Shown one piece after another: positions 26,341 through 36,305 of a stretch of DNA of 64,000 nt. The stretch is taken from the NCBI GenBank assembly GCA_028710695.1, contig JAQTTP010000003.1, forward strand, positions 8,865-72,864. The letters run 5' to 3'. The position numbers and the translations under genes are program-made. This DNA is from Candidatus Iainarchaeum sp. (GTDB lineage Archaea; Iainarchaeota; Iainarchaeia; Iainarchaeales; 0-14-0-20-30-16). The stretch's first letter is position 1. Every line of letters begins with the position of its first letter. A model generated the notes under the pieces. That model was not told where the DNA came from. It made no database searches and saw only the letters and a program-made list of their open reading frames with translations.

Positions 26341-27737
26341 TATCCCTTTATAGTGTAAAGTGGTTTCATTCTTGCTACTGGTTTTGCTAATTCATTTAGT
26401 TCTAAAACCTTAACAACTTCATTTACATCTTTGTAAGCAAGTGGTGCTTCTTCCACAATACTTGCATTTGTTGCAGATAAAACAGAAACATTTATTTTGC
26501 CCAAGTCTTTGATAATTGTTTTTACATCGAATCGTTTTTTTGCAGCACTTCTACTTAGTGCTCTTCCTGCGCCATGTGAAACACTGCCTAGACTTTTTTC
26601 TTCTGCTTTGTCTCCAACTAAAACATAAGAACAGGTTCCCATGCTTCCTGGAATTACAACTGGCTGGCCAGTGGAAATATATTTCTCAGGAAGAGTTTTA
26701 TTGCCCACAGAAAATGCTCTTGTTGCTCCTTTTCTATGTACTAATAACTTTTGTTTTTTGTAAGTTTCTTCCTTTGCAATGTTGTGCGCAACATCATAAA
26801 CTAATTCTGCTTTAATTCCTAATTCTTTTAGAGCTTCTCTTACTTTGAAAGTCATTACTTGTCTATTTACATAAGCATAATTTGCTGCTGCTCGCATGGA
26901 ATCTAAATACTTTTCTCCTTCTTTTGAGCTAATAGGAATTGATACTAAATCTTTATCAAGTAATTTTAAATTGTATTTTTGATAATTTTTTAAAAATATT
27001 TCTATATAATCTGATGCTATCTGGTGTCCTAAACCACGAGAGCCGGAATGTATCATAAAAGTAATTTGGTTTTCTTTTAGGCCCCATTTTTTTGCAAGTT
27101 CTTTGTCGTAGATTTTGTCAATATATTGTAGTTCAATAAAATGATTTCCACTACCTAAAGTTCCAGATTGTTTTAGTCCGCGGGATACTGCTTTTTGGGA
27201 CAAGAATTCTGCAGATGTTTTTAATTTTCCGTAGTCTTCAATACACTCTATGTCTTTCTTTGTAGCTTCGCCATTTTTTATAGAATAATCAATTCCTTTT
27301 GCAAGCATATCAAGCAATTCTTCTTTTGTAATTCTTTCCTTATTTTCTGAGCCCACGCCAGTAGGTATGGATCTAAATAGCTTTTCAAATTGTTTTTTTG
27401 AGAATAGTTTTTCAAAATCTTTTTTATCTGTGTTAGTTTTTACTAGCCTTACCCCGCAGTTGATATCGAAACCAATTCCACCCGGACTTACAACTCCCTT
27501 TTCTAAATCAAAACCTGCAACCCCCCCAATAGGAAATCCATATCCAGAATGCATATCTGGCATAGCATATGCTTTGTCTTTTATTCCGGGAAGAGATGCA
27601 ACATTAATAATTTGCTGGATTGCATCTTGTTCTACCCCCTTCATTAGATTTTCCGATAAATAGAGAATAACGTCAGAGTTCATATCTTTGTTTTTTTTAA
27701 TGATGTAGTGGTTTTTTTCTTTTATAGGGGTAAACAT
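26340..27737 (-). CDS. rtcB: RNA-splicing ligase RtcB
   Basis: GGIGFDINCGVRL, GSGNHFIELQ, HSGSRGLGHQIA, HRKGATRAF and SHGAGR. Confidence 0.95.
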   Translation of the reverse strand: MFTPIKEKNHYIIKKNKDMNSDVILYLSENLMKGVEQDAIQQIINVASLPGIKDKAYAMPDMHSGYGFPIGGVAGFDLEKGVVSPGGIGFDINCGVRLVKTNTDKKDFEKLFSKKQFEKLFRSIPTGVGSENKERITKEELLDMLAKGIDYSIKNGEATKKDIECIEDYGKLKTSAEFLSQKAVSRGLKQSGTLGSGNHFIELQYIDKIYDKELAKKWGLKENQITFMIHSGSRGLGHQIASDYIEIFLKNYQKYNLKLLDKDLVSIPISSKEGEKYLDSMRAAANYAYVNRQVMTFKVREALKELGIKAELVYDVAHNIAKEETYKKQKLLVHRKGATRAFSVGNKTLPEKYISTGQPVVIPGSMGTCSYVLVGDKAEEKSLGSVSHGAGRALSRSAAKKRFDVKTIIKDLGKINVSVLSATNASIVEEAPLAYKDVNEVVKVLELNELAKPVARMKPLYTIKG

Positions 27738-27790
27738 ATATATATCTTAAAAACAATTATTATTAAAATTGCTTTGGTTATGTGATCACT

Positions 27791-28279
27791 ATGGATTCTG
27801 TTTTGATGGAAAATGCAAAGAAAATGCTTGATTCTGGAATTTCTAAAGATGAAGTTGTAAAGATGTTAGTTTCTTTGGGATATAGTGAAAAAGATGCATC
27901 TACTGCAGTAGGTGGACAATACAAAGCAGAAAAACCATCTGAAGAAACTGAAGAATCAGACAATATGGTTGTAGAAGAAAATACAAAGAATTATGCACAT
28001 CATGCAGAGTTAGCAAGCTCTATGGCAATGAATGTTGTGGATAGTGCAACAAAAACCTTGGATGAACATAAAGAACACATGAGGGCCTTAAATGAAAATA
28101 TGACAAAAACTTATGATAAATTGGATTCTATTTCTTTAGATAAAATTGATACTGCGCATGATGATATTGCAGAAATAAAAAGATCTTTGGCAGATTTGGG
28201 CGCAAAAACAAATGTAACTCTTGATTTAATGAAAAAGATTTTAGAGAATCAGAGAGAATTGATAATGAAATTAAAATAA
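27791..28279 (+). CDS. Hypothetical protein with UBA-like N-terminus
   Basis: GISKDEVVKMLVSLGYSEKDASTAV. The rest is helical and acidic. Confidence 0.4.
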   Translation: MDSVLMENAKKMLDSGISKDEVVKMLVSLGYSEKDASTAVGGQYKAEKPSEETEESDNMVVEENTKNYAHHAELASSMAMNVVDSATKTLDEHKEHMRALNENMTKTYDKLDSISLDKIDTAHDDIAEIKRSLADLGAKTNVTLDLMKKILENQRELIMKLK

Positions 28280-28290
28280 TCAATTGTGTT

Positions 28291-28764
28291 TTATTCTTTT
28301 TGTAATTCTTCTGTTTTTTTCTTTAAGTCTTTTGTCATTTCTATTGGATCTTTAGAGAATACTTGTGTCTCAGCAAGAGTGGTAAGAAACCCAATATCTC
28401 CTTGATAACGAGGAACTATGTGCCAATGCAAATGTTTTTTGCTTCTTCCAGATCCATCTCCTAAGTTTATCCCGATATTGTAACCAATTGGTTTTAGTTC
28501 TGCGTTTAGTATTTTTTTTGAGAAAAGAACATTTTCTAAAATTTCGTTTAATTCATCTTTTGATAAATCTTCTAATTCTTCTACATGTCTTTTTGGAGTG
28601 ACTAACAAATGGCCATATATGTAAGGAAACCTGTTTGATATGATGTATGAATTTTTTGATTCAAAAATAATTACATTTTTATCTGGATTACAAAAAGGGC
28701 ATTTTTGTTCTGAACTTTTTACTGTATAATATTCGTATCTTCTTTTTGCTAATATCGGATTCAT
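28291..28764 (-). CDS. HIT-family nucleotide hydrolase/transferase
   Basis: Histidine triad HLHWHIVPRY and N-terminal CPFCNP. ATG 28764 preferred because it sits behind GTGAT. Confidence 0.8.
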   Translation of the reverse strand: MNPILAKRRYEYYTVKSSEQKCPFCNPDKNVIIFESKNSYIISNRFPYIYGHLLVTPKRHVEELEDLSKDELNEILENVLFSKKILNAELKPIGYNIGINLGDGSGRSKKHLHWHIVPRYQGDIGFLTTLAETQVFSKDPIEMTKDLKKKTEELQKE

Positions 28765-28829
28765 TTCCATCACTAAAACAAGATTCGTGCCATTCCTGGC
28801 ACCCAAGTTTTTTCTTTGGTGAACTTATG

Positions 28830-28853
28830 CTTTCTTTTTTACAAAAAAGAAAG
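28830..28853. terminator. Pyrimidine-arm/purine-arm palindrome next to the tRNA-Gln 3' end
   Basis: CTTTCTTTTTT-AC-AAAAAAGAAAG, 3 nt from the tRNA end. Confidence 0.45.
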
Positions 28854-28855
28854 AA

Positions 28856-28928
28856 TAGTCCGACGGAGATTCGAACTCCGGTCTCGGGGTTCAAAGCCCC
28901 GAGTGATAGACCCCTACACTATCGGACT
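28856..28928 (-). tRNA. tRNA-Gln (anticodon UUG)
   Basis: Reverse complement reads AGTCCGA-TA-GTGTAGGGGTCTATCAC-T-CGGGG-CTTTGAA-CCCCG-AGAC-CGGAG-TTCGAAT-CTCCG-TCGGACT-A. This gives a 7-bp acceptor, a T-loop TTCGAAT and anticodon TTG. Confidence 0.85.
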
Positions 28929-28995
28929 GTATTTCTATAATATACTAGATTACTTTGAGGAAAATATTTAAAAAGCATGCCCTTAATTGTTTCTT

Positions 28996-29565
28996 ATGGT
29001 AAAAATAATAAAAGTGGGAAAAAACCTTGATTTTGCAATAAATCTTATGGCATCAGCAATAATGGAAAATAAGGTGTTTATCTATCCTACTGACACGATT
29101 TATGGTATTGGCGGAAATGCTTTAAGTAAAGAAGTTAGGAACAGAATAGACAAAATAAAGCAAAGGGCGGGTTCAAAAAGATATTCAATTATTGTACCAA
29201 GCAAGAGCTACATCCCAACACTTTGTAAAATTAATTCTTATGCAAGGGACTGCCTGAAAAAATACCTCCCGGGGGCATATACTGTAGTCTTTCCACTTAA
29301 AAAAGAATTTTTTGGAAAAAAGGATGAAGTTGGAATAAGAATGGTGGATCTTGATCTATTGAAAAAAGCAGTAAAGAAATCAAAAAAACCAATCATAACA
29401 ACAAGCATAAATTTTTCTGGAGAAAAGCCAATAAAAGCAATAAAAGCAATAAACAAGGAAATTCTTGATAAAGTAGATTATGTTTTTGATTATGGAAAAA
29501 TAGGGAGTGGAAAACCATCTACTATTGTTGATACAATAAGAAAAGAAATAATAAGGCGAAATTAA
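28996..29565 (+). CDS. tsaC: L-threonylcarbamoyladenylate synthase (TsaC/Sua5, YrdC domain only)
   Basis: IYPTDTIYGIGGNA and PGAYTVVF, then ITTSINFSGEKP. Confidence 0.85.
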   Translation: MVKIIKVGKNLDFAINLMASAIMENKVFIYPTDTIYGIGGNALSKEVRNRIDKIKQRAGSKRYSIIVPSKSYIPTLCKINSYARDCLKKYLPGAYTVVFPLKKEFFGKKDEVGIRMVDLDLLKKAVKKSKKPIITTSINFSGEKPIKAIKAINKEILDKVDYVFDYGKIGSGKPSTIVDTIRKEIIRRN

Positions 29566-30053
29566 GCTTTTCGCAAAAGCTTACGCCCATTCCAAAGATT
29601 CAATGCAGTTTCATAATCTTCTCTTCTCTGTGGCAATGCATCTTCGTAGCCTTCTAAATAGTCTTTCCATTGTTTTAGGCTATCTGCTTCCATTTTTGCA
29701 TCTAATGCATTAAATTCTGATCCTTTTGCTTGTCTTTTTCTTCTCCATACTGCAATTTCTTTTGTATACATTGCTCTTACTTCTTTGATTGTCCTTTGTA
29801 AATTAACATACCTTTCTTTTGATCTAACAAGTGTTGAATATAATTCTCTTTCTTCAGGCCTCATTCTGGCAATTCTCTTTTTTTCAAAATCTGCGGCCAT
29901 TTTTTTAATTTTTTCACCTAAAGTTGGCCCTTTGTTCTTTGTTTGTGGCGGTTCCCAAGCCCTTTTGTTGTCTTGTGGCTTCCTTGGATCATAATTGGCA
30001 CCATGTGGTTTTTTTATTGTTAAAGGTTCTATTCTTCTTTCTTTTGGGGTCAT
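29562..30053 (-). CDS. Hypothetical basic protein
   Basis: 163-aa Arg/Lys/Glu-rich ORF behind GTGAT. No recognised motif. Confidence 0.45.
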   Translation of the reverse strand: MTPKERRIEPLTIKKPHGANYDPRKPQDNKRAWEPPQTKNKGPTLGEKIKKMAADFEKKRIARMRPEERELYSTLVRSKERYVNLQRTIKEVRAMYTKEIAVWRRKRQAKGSEFNALDAKMEADSLKQWKDYLEGYEDALPQRREDYETALNLWNGRKLLRKA

Positions 30054-30132
30054 AAACATCACTAAAAATATATAAATTAGTAAAGTATATAATTGCTAGG
30101 TTTATATTTTATATAACTTTTAAGTGAACTAT

Positions 30133-31560
30133 ATGGCTGAGTGGGCAGTATTATTCCAAGGAACTTACGACCAACACGATCTTAAAGTGTCAATTTTGGA
30201 TAGTTTTATTTTGTCTGAACTTTATAGTTCTGATAAAAAATCTCTTGTTTTAAATGTTGTTTATGTTGGATCCGCAGATGGGGATCTAGAATCTTTTGCT
30301 GAAACCTTACCAAAAGACAATATGTTATATTTGATGCATAACTCTAAAACTACAAAAAAGTTCTTCTGTTTGACTGTGCCATCAACAATTATTGACGTGG
30401 GCAAAGTAGAAATGGATAGAGAAATAACAAAACAAATACAAATGTTAGTTAAAACAAGAAAAATAGTTTTGGATATTGCAGAAACCTATGACATAAAAAT
30501 AACTGATTTACACGAATCTAGTAAAGAAATACAAGGAATGTTTTTTACAAATCCATTAAATATTTTTAAAACTTTAAGAAAGCCAGAAGAATTGCAAAAA
30601 ATAGACGAAGTAAAACTTAATTTTGGTCACATGATTTCTTTTGGAAAGTACAAATCTTCTGAAGAATACTCTTCTGACGAATTAGATGCATTTAGAAAAA
30701 CAATGATCTTTGGTGCAAAAGAAAACAACAAAAAATTGCTTTATGATTTTATAGAAGAATTTTCTTTGAGTGCAACGCCAGTTGTTATATTTGATTTTTA
30801 TGAAATTTTTTCCGGGCTTAAATCTGCAAATCCACATTCTAAAGAAGTGAAAGCATTTAATTCTAATTCGGAACCAACTGGATTTCCCATAGAAAACTTA
30901 ATTTATGATGGTTCGGATAAATCTGATTTGCATATTGATTTGTCACTAGTTTCTGTTGATAGCTTTTGTGAGCTTTTTGGAATTGTAAAAGAATATAAAG
31001 AAATTTTTAAGAGGGCATACGAATCTAATCCTGAAAAAATAACTGATTTAATATCTTCAATTCAAAAGGTTAGTCCTGACGAGCAGTTAAAAGAATACGA
31101 TATTTATCTTGCAAAAAGAATGACACAAACTTTGAATATAATGTATCCAAATTTATTTACTGGAAAAATAGAAACAAGTGGCATGCAAAAAAATGTGGCA
31201 AATAAAATTGGAAAAATAACTTTGATTTCAATAAAAGGAAATGAAATTGAAAAATCTTTAATAGTTCAAAATGTTTTAAGCTTACTTGGCTCTGCAAATA
31301 ATCTTTGTATAGTTTTGACCGATGGCTGGAAATTTTGTCCAAAAACAACAAACTCAATACAAAATGAGATTACAAATGCATTGCTTTCTTTTAATGGATA
31401 CTTTGCAGTTTCGGCAACAGATAGTGCAGATTTAAATGATAATTTACAAAAATACAAATCAGCACAGATTAATGTAATTGATTTAGAAGATATTGCTCTA
31501 AAAATTGGGAACTCCAGTCCACAAAGAATTATACTGCGTCCAACACTATCTAATTTGTAA
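30133..31560 (+). CDS. Hypothetical protein
   Basis: 475-aa ORF with no motif I can name. Confidence 0.5.
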   Translation: MAEWAVLFQGTYDQHDLKVSILDSFILSELYSSDKKSLVLNVVYVGSADGDLESFAETLPKDNMLYLMHNSKTTKKFFCLTVPSTIIDVGKVEMDREITKQIQMLVKTRKIVLDIAETYDIKITDLHESSKEIQGMFFTNPLNIFKTLRKPEELQKIDEVKLNFGHMISFGKYKSSEEYSSDELDAFRKTMIFGAKENNKKLLYDFIEEFSLSATPVVIFDFYEIFSGLKSANPHSKEVKAFNSNSEPTGFPIENLIYDGSDKSDLHIDLSLVSVDSFCELFGIVKEYKEIFKRAYESNPEKITDLISSIQKVSPDEQLKEYDIYLAKRMTQTLNIMYPNLFTGKIETSGMQKNVANKIGKITLISIKGNEIEKSLIVQNVLSLLGSANNLCIVLTDGWKFCPKTTNSIQNEITNALLSFNGYFAVSATDSADLNDNLQKYKSAQINVIDLEDIALKIGNSSPQRIILRPTLSNL

Positions 31561-31590
31561 TTGTCTAACTAAAAAATAAGAAAAAAAGAA

Positions 31591-32646
31591 TTAGTAGAAA
31601 GTATCTCTTTCTTTTACTATTCTTCTTTTTACTTTTTGTATTGCAAGCTCAATTGCCTGATCTAGTCCCCAGCCCTCTACAGAAATGTTTTCACTGTTTC
31701 TTGGGCTTACTATCCTTAATCTACAATGAACTAATGGGGATCCTTTATACTTTTCATTTCCTAAAGTTAGATGCACAAAGATATGTGTTTCTTCATCGTC
31801 TCTAAAGAACCTGCTTAACTGTTCTACTTTTTTGTTAACTACATCAACCGGAAGCTTGTCTAACTTTGAAGTTATCTGGACTGAAAAATTCTGTTTCTTT
31901 TGTGTTGCCAAATACTTTTCTAAAATATCTGTTTTTGTTAAAATTCCCTTTATATCCTTGTTTTCGTGCACAACTAATGAAGATGTTTTTCCCCCAGTTA
32001 GTTTTTTTATTGCATCAGAGATGTGCTTGCTCGGGCCAATTGAAATTATGTCCTCTTTCATTACATCTTTTACTTTTGTGTTTCTTAGATTGTCTAAATT
32101 TATTCTATCTCCACTTACAAAATAATTGAAAATGTTTGTGATAGTTATAACTCCCGCTAGTTCACCATTATCTAAAGCAACTAATTTTTTTATTCCGTGC
32201 TCTTTTAGTAATGCTAAAACCTGTGCTATGTTGTCATTTACATTTATGAAAACAACATTTTTTGACATTACTTCTTCTACAGTAACATTTAGCTCTGGTA
32301 AAATAATATTTTCTAGAACTTTGTTTCTTGAAATATATCCAATAATATCTTTATTTTCAAAATAAGGTAGTTTTTCTAAATTGGACTCAACAAATGCTTC
32401 AACCATCGCTTGAGGAGTAGTTTTTTTACTTAATTCTGGAACACTTTTTGCGATATTTTTTACCTTTATTTTTGAGAGGTCTGTTCCTAATAACATAAAG
32501 CTCTTTTTTGAAATTGCACCATAAAGTTTAGTCTTGTCTTTTACAAATACTACTTTTTCACTTCGTAATTTGTTAATAATTTTTGATAATTGTTCGTCTG
32601 GTTCAACAAAATAGATGTTTTTTTCAACAAGGTTTTTGTAGTCCAT
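31591..32646 (-). CDS. Four-CBS-domain protein with C-terminal RaiA/HPF-like domain
   Basis: Repeated CBS pattern (for example VMSKNVVFINVNDNIAQVLALLKEHGIKKLVALDNGELAGVITITNI). The C-terminal ~100 aa, FSVQITSK...VEQLSRFF...HIFVHLTL...HCRLRIVSP...AIELAIQKVKRRIVKER, follow the beta-alpha-beta3-alpha pattern of ribosome hibernation factors. Confidence 0.6.
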   Translation of the reverse strand: MDYKNLVEKNIYFVEPDEQLSKIINKLRSEKVVFVKDKTKLYGAISKKSFMLLGTDLSKIKVKNIAKSVPELSKKTTPQAMVEAFVESNLEKLPYFENKDIIGYISRNKVLENIILPELNVTVEEVMSKNVVFINVNDNIAQVLALLKEHGIKKLVALDNGELAGVITITNIFNYFVSGDRINLDNLRNTKVKDVMKEDIISIGPSKHISDAIKKLTGGKTSSLVVHENKDIKGILTKTDILEKYLATQKKQNFSVQITSKLDKLPVDVVNKKVEQLSRFFRDDEETHIFVHLTLGNEKYKGSPLVHCRLRIVSPRNSENISVEGWGLDQAIELAIQKVKRRIVKERDTFY

Positions 32647-32752
32647 AGCACCACCTCTTAACTACGTATAAAGAAGAATAGGATAGTATAAAAAGGTATT
32701 TGATTTACAGTTTTTGGAAACTAATAAATACACTTCTAGATCTAGATTAATT

Positions 32753-33949
32753 ATGAAAAAAATAGAAATTCTTGTGGGTGTTGGAAGTTGGGAATCTTTG
32801 AATGCTGCAGCACAAGCCAAAGCTGATGCGGTATATCTTGGCTTGAAAGACTTTAATCTTAGGGCTTTTGCAAAGAACTTTGAATTGTCTGAACTTAAAA
32901 AAATTGTTGATTTCTGCCACAAGAACAAAATGAAGGTCTATTTAGCTTTGAATTCAATTGTTTATGATAATGAACTTGGTAAGGTAGGAAAGATTTTGAC
33001 TGAAGCAAAGAAAGCAAAAATTGATGCAATAATCTGTTCTGATCTTGCAGTAATGAAGCTAGCAAAAGCAAGAGGTTTGCCAATACATGTGAGTACCCAG
33101 ATGTCAATAAGTAATAGCTTGGCTGCTCAACAATTAGAAAAAATGTTTGGGACTGAAAGAATTGTTCTTGCGAGAGAACTTTCTTTAGAAAAAATTAAAG
33201 AATTTAAGAAAAAAACAAAAGTTGGAATTGAAGTTTTTTGTCATGGGAGCATGTGCATTTCTATTTCCGGGCGTTGCTTTTTGAGTTTGAATTGTTTTGA
33301 TAAAAGTGCAAATAAAGGCGAATGTACCCAGGTTTGTAGACGTACGTTCTATATGAAAGAATGTGAAGAAAGTTTAGATGTTGTTGGAAATACAATTTTT
33401 AGTTCAAAAGATCTTTGTACAATTGAGTTCTTAGATAAAATTGTTGGGCTTGGACCGGTGGCCTTGAAAATAGAGGGGCGAACAAAGCCAGCAGAATATG
33501 TTTATGTTGTTACAAAAGTTTACAAATCTGCGCTAAAAGATATTGCAGAAAAAAAGTTCACTGAAAAGAAAAAGAAAGCTTATTTGAAAGAATTAGAAAC
33601 TGTTTACAATCGTGGATTCACTTCTGGATTTTATTTTTCAACTCCTGGAAAGGAAAGTATACACACACAAGATGCATCTTTAGAAACAGAAAGCAAAATC
33701 TATTTAGGAAATGTTTCTAACTATTATGCAAAAATTGGGGTTGGGGAACTAAAATTACAAAATGAGGCAAAGGTTGGAGATGAACTCCAGGCAGAAGGTA
33801 AGACAACTTTTTTTAGACAAAAGGTCAGTTCAATCCAAAAAGATGGGAAGAATATAAAAGTTGGAAAGAAAGGAGAAAAAGTTGGATTTAAACTAAAAGA
33901 TCGTGTGAGGATAAAAGACAAGTTATTTTTAATAAAAAAATCAAATTAA
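32753..33949 (+). CDS. Peptidase U32 family protein
   Basis: EILVGVGSWESLNAAAQAKADAVYLGLKDFNLRAFAKNFELSELK and HVSTQMS, plus a Cys cluster CHGSMCISISGRC. Confidence 0.8.
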   Translation: MKKIEILVGVGSWESLNAAAQAKADAVYLGLKDFNLRAFAKNFELSELKKIVDFCHKNKMKVYLALNSIVYDNELGKVGKILTEAKKAKIDAIICSDLAVMKLAKARGLPIHVSTQMSISNSLAAQQLEKMFGTERIVLARELSLEKIKEFKKKTKVGIEVFCHGSMCISISGRCFLSLNCFDKSANKGECTQVCRRTFYMKECEESLDVVGNTIFSSKDLCTIEFLDKIVGLGPVALKIEGRTKPAEYVYVVTKVYKSALKDIAEKKFTEKKKKAYLKELETVYNRGFTSGFYFSTPGKESIHTQDASLETESKIYLGNVSNYYAKIGVGELKLQNEAKVGDELQAEGKTTFFRQKVSSIQKDGKNIKVGKKGEKVGFKLKDRVRIKDKLFLIKKSN

Positions 33950-34594
33950 TAGCTTTAATACTTGTTCAATGGTTTTTCTCTGGCTTTCTTCTGAGCTATT
34001 GAAAACTAAGCCATGCCCCGCAAGCAGTATTTTGAAATCAAGTTCTCTAACTTTTTTTAGGCTTGAAATTAATTCTGCTTTGCTTGAAGAAATCAAATCA
34101 AATCGCCCACAACTGTCTTCAAATAGCAAATCTCCTGAGATGAAAATCCCATTTTTTTTATCATACAAAGATATTGAACCCGATGTATGTCCAGGTGTAA
34201 TTAAAACTTTATATTTTGAACTTCCTAAATCTATGTATTCCTCGTTTTTTAAAAAAGACAAATTATCTGGGTAATAATGATTTACAAAAAACTCTGACAT
34301 TGTATAAAAGTCATCTTTTGTTTTTAGATATAAGCCATCTTGTTCAGAAATAAAAAACCTTGCTTTTGGAAAATACTTTCCTGATGCAAAGTGGTCTGCA
34401 TGTGCATGAGTCAAAACAATCTTTTTAATATCCGAAAGCTTGTAGCCGTGTGATTTCAAAAAAGCCCCTAAATGCTCTTTACTGTGTAGTCCAGGGTCTA
34501 TAAGTAAAGGCTCACGCCCAGTGATTAAGTAAGTATTAGATGAAAAGTTGTTTGTTTCTGGATATAACACAAATACCTCAGTTGTGACCTGCAT
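33941..34594 (-). CDS. MBL-fold metallo-hydrolase
   Basis: LTHAHADHF, then TPGHTSGS and a C-terminal GHG. Confidence 0.85.
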   Translation of the reverse strand: MQVTTEVFVLYPETNNFSSNTYLITGREPLLIDPGLHSKEHLGAFLKSHGYKLSDIKKIVLTHAHADHFASGKYFPKARFFISEQDGLYLKTKDDFYTMSEFFVNHYYPDNLSFLKNEEYIDLGSSKYKVLITPGHTSGSISLYDKKNGIFISGDLLFEDSCGRFDLISSSKAELISSLKKVRELDFKILLAGHGLVFNSSEESQRKTIEQVLKLLI

Positions 34595-34793
34595 ATAATA
34601 ATTACTTTAAGATATATTATATAATTTTCGGCCAGTAGGGCGAGAACCTGTTTTGGTCAGGACACAAATATGCTATTAGGTAAGACAAATAATATCAATT
34701 GAATGTCGTGGGCTAAACTTTGGCACCGATCTTTTTTGCATAAGTAAGATACATTTAAAAATGTTCAACATATAATATAATCAGGTGATTGTA

Positions 34794-35345
34794 ATGTGGT
34801 GGTTGTGGCTTATACTTGGTATTGTTGCACTGTTTATAATAATTCTAATCTATTATTACAATAGAATTGTTGTTCTTTGTAACAGAATTGAAAACGCATT
34901 CTCCCAGATCGATGTTCAACTAAAGAAGAGAAATGATCTAATTCCTAACTTAGTTGAAACTGTAAAGGGTTATGCTAAACACGAGAAAGAAGTTTTTGCT
35001 GATGTAACTAAAGCAAGAAAAGAGATGATGGCATCTGGCTCTTTTGAGACTAAGATGAAGGCAAGCGACATGATGTCAAATGCTTTGAAATCAATATTTG
35101 CTTTAGCAGAGAATTATCCTGACTTGAAAGCAAACACAAACTTCATGGAATTGCAGAGAGAGTTGTCTGATATAGAGTCAAAGATTGCTTATACAAGGCA
35201 ATTTTACAATGATTCAATATTATTCTACAACACAATAGTTGAGACATTCCCTGGAAATGTATTTGCTAAGTTGTTTGGGAAAAGTAAACAAACATATTTT
35301 GAAGCAACAGCAGAAGAAAGAAAGAATGTTAAAGTTCAATTTTGA
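34794..35345 (+). CDS. lemA: LemA family protein
   Basis: N-terminal TM helix, then YNRIV...IDVQLKKRNDLIPNLVETVKGYAKHEKEVF. Confidence 0.85.
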   Translation: MWWLWLILGIVALFIIILIYYYNRIVVLCNRIENAFSQIDVQLKKRNDLIPNLVETVKGYAKHEKEVFADVTKARKEMMASGSFETKMKASDMMSNALKSIFALAENYPDLKANTNFMELQRELSDIESKIAYTRQFYNDSILFYNTIVETFPGNVFAKLFGKSKQTYFEATAEERKNVKVQF

Positions 35346-35382
35346 ATAAGGAATTCCCTTATTCTTTTTTATTCTATTTATT

Positions 35383-36300
35383 ATGGTGCCAAGTATGGAT
35401 GACTACTTCAAAAAATATCAAAAAATTAGTTTTTATGACCAAGTAAGAAAGAACAAAATACAGTCAGTTTTTTTGATTATTGTAGTTATTCTTATTATAA
35501 TCGTTCTTGGTTATGTTATTGGCTACTTTTACAATCCAGACATGATCTGGTTCTTCATAATAATTGCAACTGTTATTTCGGTAATTTATACTTTAATTGG
35601 GCTCTATGCCGGATCTGGGATTGCTTTGGCGTCTGTTGGCGCAAAAGAAGCAGATCCTTTACAGTACAAAGATTTGCATTCTTTGGTTGAGGGGCTATCT
35701 TTAGGATCTGGTTTGCCTAAACCTAAAATCTATGTTATGCCCGTAGAAGAAATTAATGCATTTGCATCTGGGCGGAATCCAGAACATGCAGTTATATGTG
35801 TTAGTGTTGGTGCATTAAAGTTCCTGACAAAAAAAGAATTAGAAGGGGTTCTTGCACACGAGTTAAGCCACATAGGAAATTATGATATTAGATTTATGAC
35901 TCTGGCTGCAGTTATGGTTGGTATAATTTCTATAATTGCTCAGTTGTTTTTGAGAAGCTTGTGGTTTTCATCTGGAGATGGCGACAACAAAAATGGAATT
36001 TTTATAATAATTGGAATTGCTTTTGCAATCTTGGCCCCAGTTTTTGCAACTCTTGTACAAATGGCTATTTCTAGAAGAAGAGAATATATGGCAGATGCAA
36101 GTGCAGTTAAGTTAGCGAGAGATAATACTGGCTTAATTGGTGCCTTGAAAAAGATTGGCGGATATTACGAACAGAAACAAAGTAAGCTTGGAAGCGGGGC
36201 AGTATCCTCTTTGTTTATTGCAGAGCCAACCATCACTCAGAAATTGTTTTCATCCCACCCTCCTTTGAAAGATAGAATTAAAGCATTGGAAAATATGTAA
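35383..36300 (+). CDS. htpX: M48 family zinc metalloprotease (HtpX-like)
   Basis: HELSHIGNYD (HExxH), four TM segments, and pairing with lemA. Confidence 0.85.
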   Translation: MVPSMDDYFKKYQKISFYDQVRKNKIQSVFLIIVVILIIIVLGYVIGYFYNPDMIWFFIIIATVISVIYTLIGLYAGSGIALASVGAKEADPLQYKDLHSLVEGLSLGSGLPKPKIYVMPVEEINAFASGRNPEHAVICVSVGALKFLTKKELEGVLAHELSHIGNYDIRFMTLAAVMVGIISIIAQLFLRSLWFSSGDGDNKNGIFIIIGIAFAILAPVFATLVQMAISRRREYMADASAVKLARDNTGLIGALKKIGGYYEQKQSKLGSGAVSSLFIAEPTITQKLFSSHPPLKDRIKALENM

Positions 36301-36305
36301 GTGAT

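Noticed and set aside
28688-28940. Track ORFs 28688-28894 (-) and 28746-28940 (+).
   Set aside because: Both overlap the well-formed tRNA-Gln (28856-28928) and its flanking palindrome, and they show no coding signal.
30133-31560. The 475-aa ORF considered as a degenerate HerA/FtsK-like P-loop ATPase.
   Set aside because: I found no Walker A (GxxxxGK[ST]). The resemblance (MIFGAKENNKK, CIVLTDGW) is too weak to claim without a profile search.
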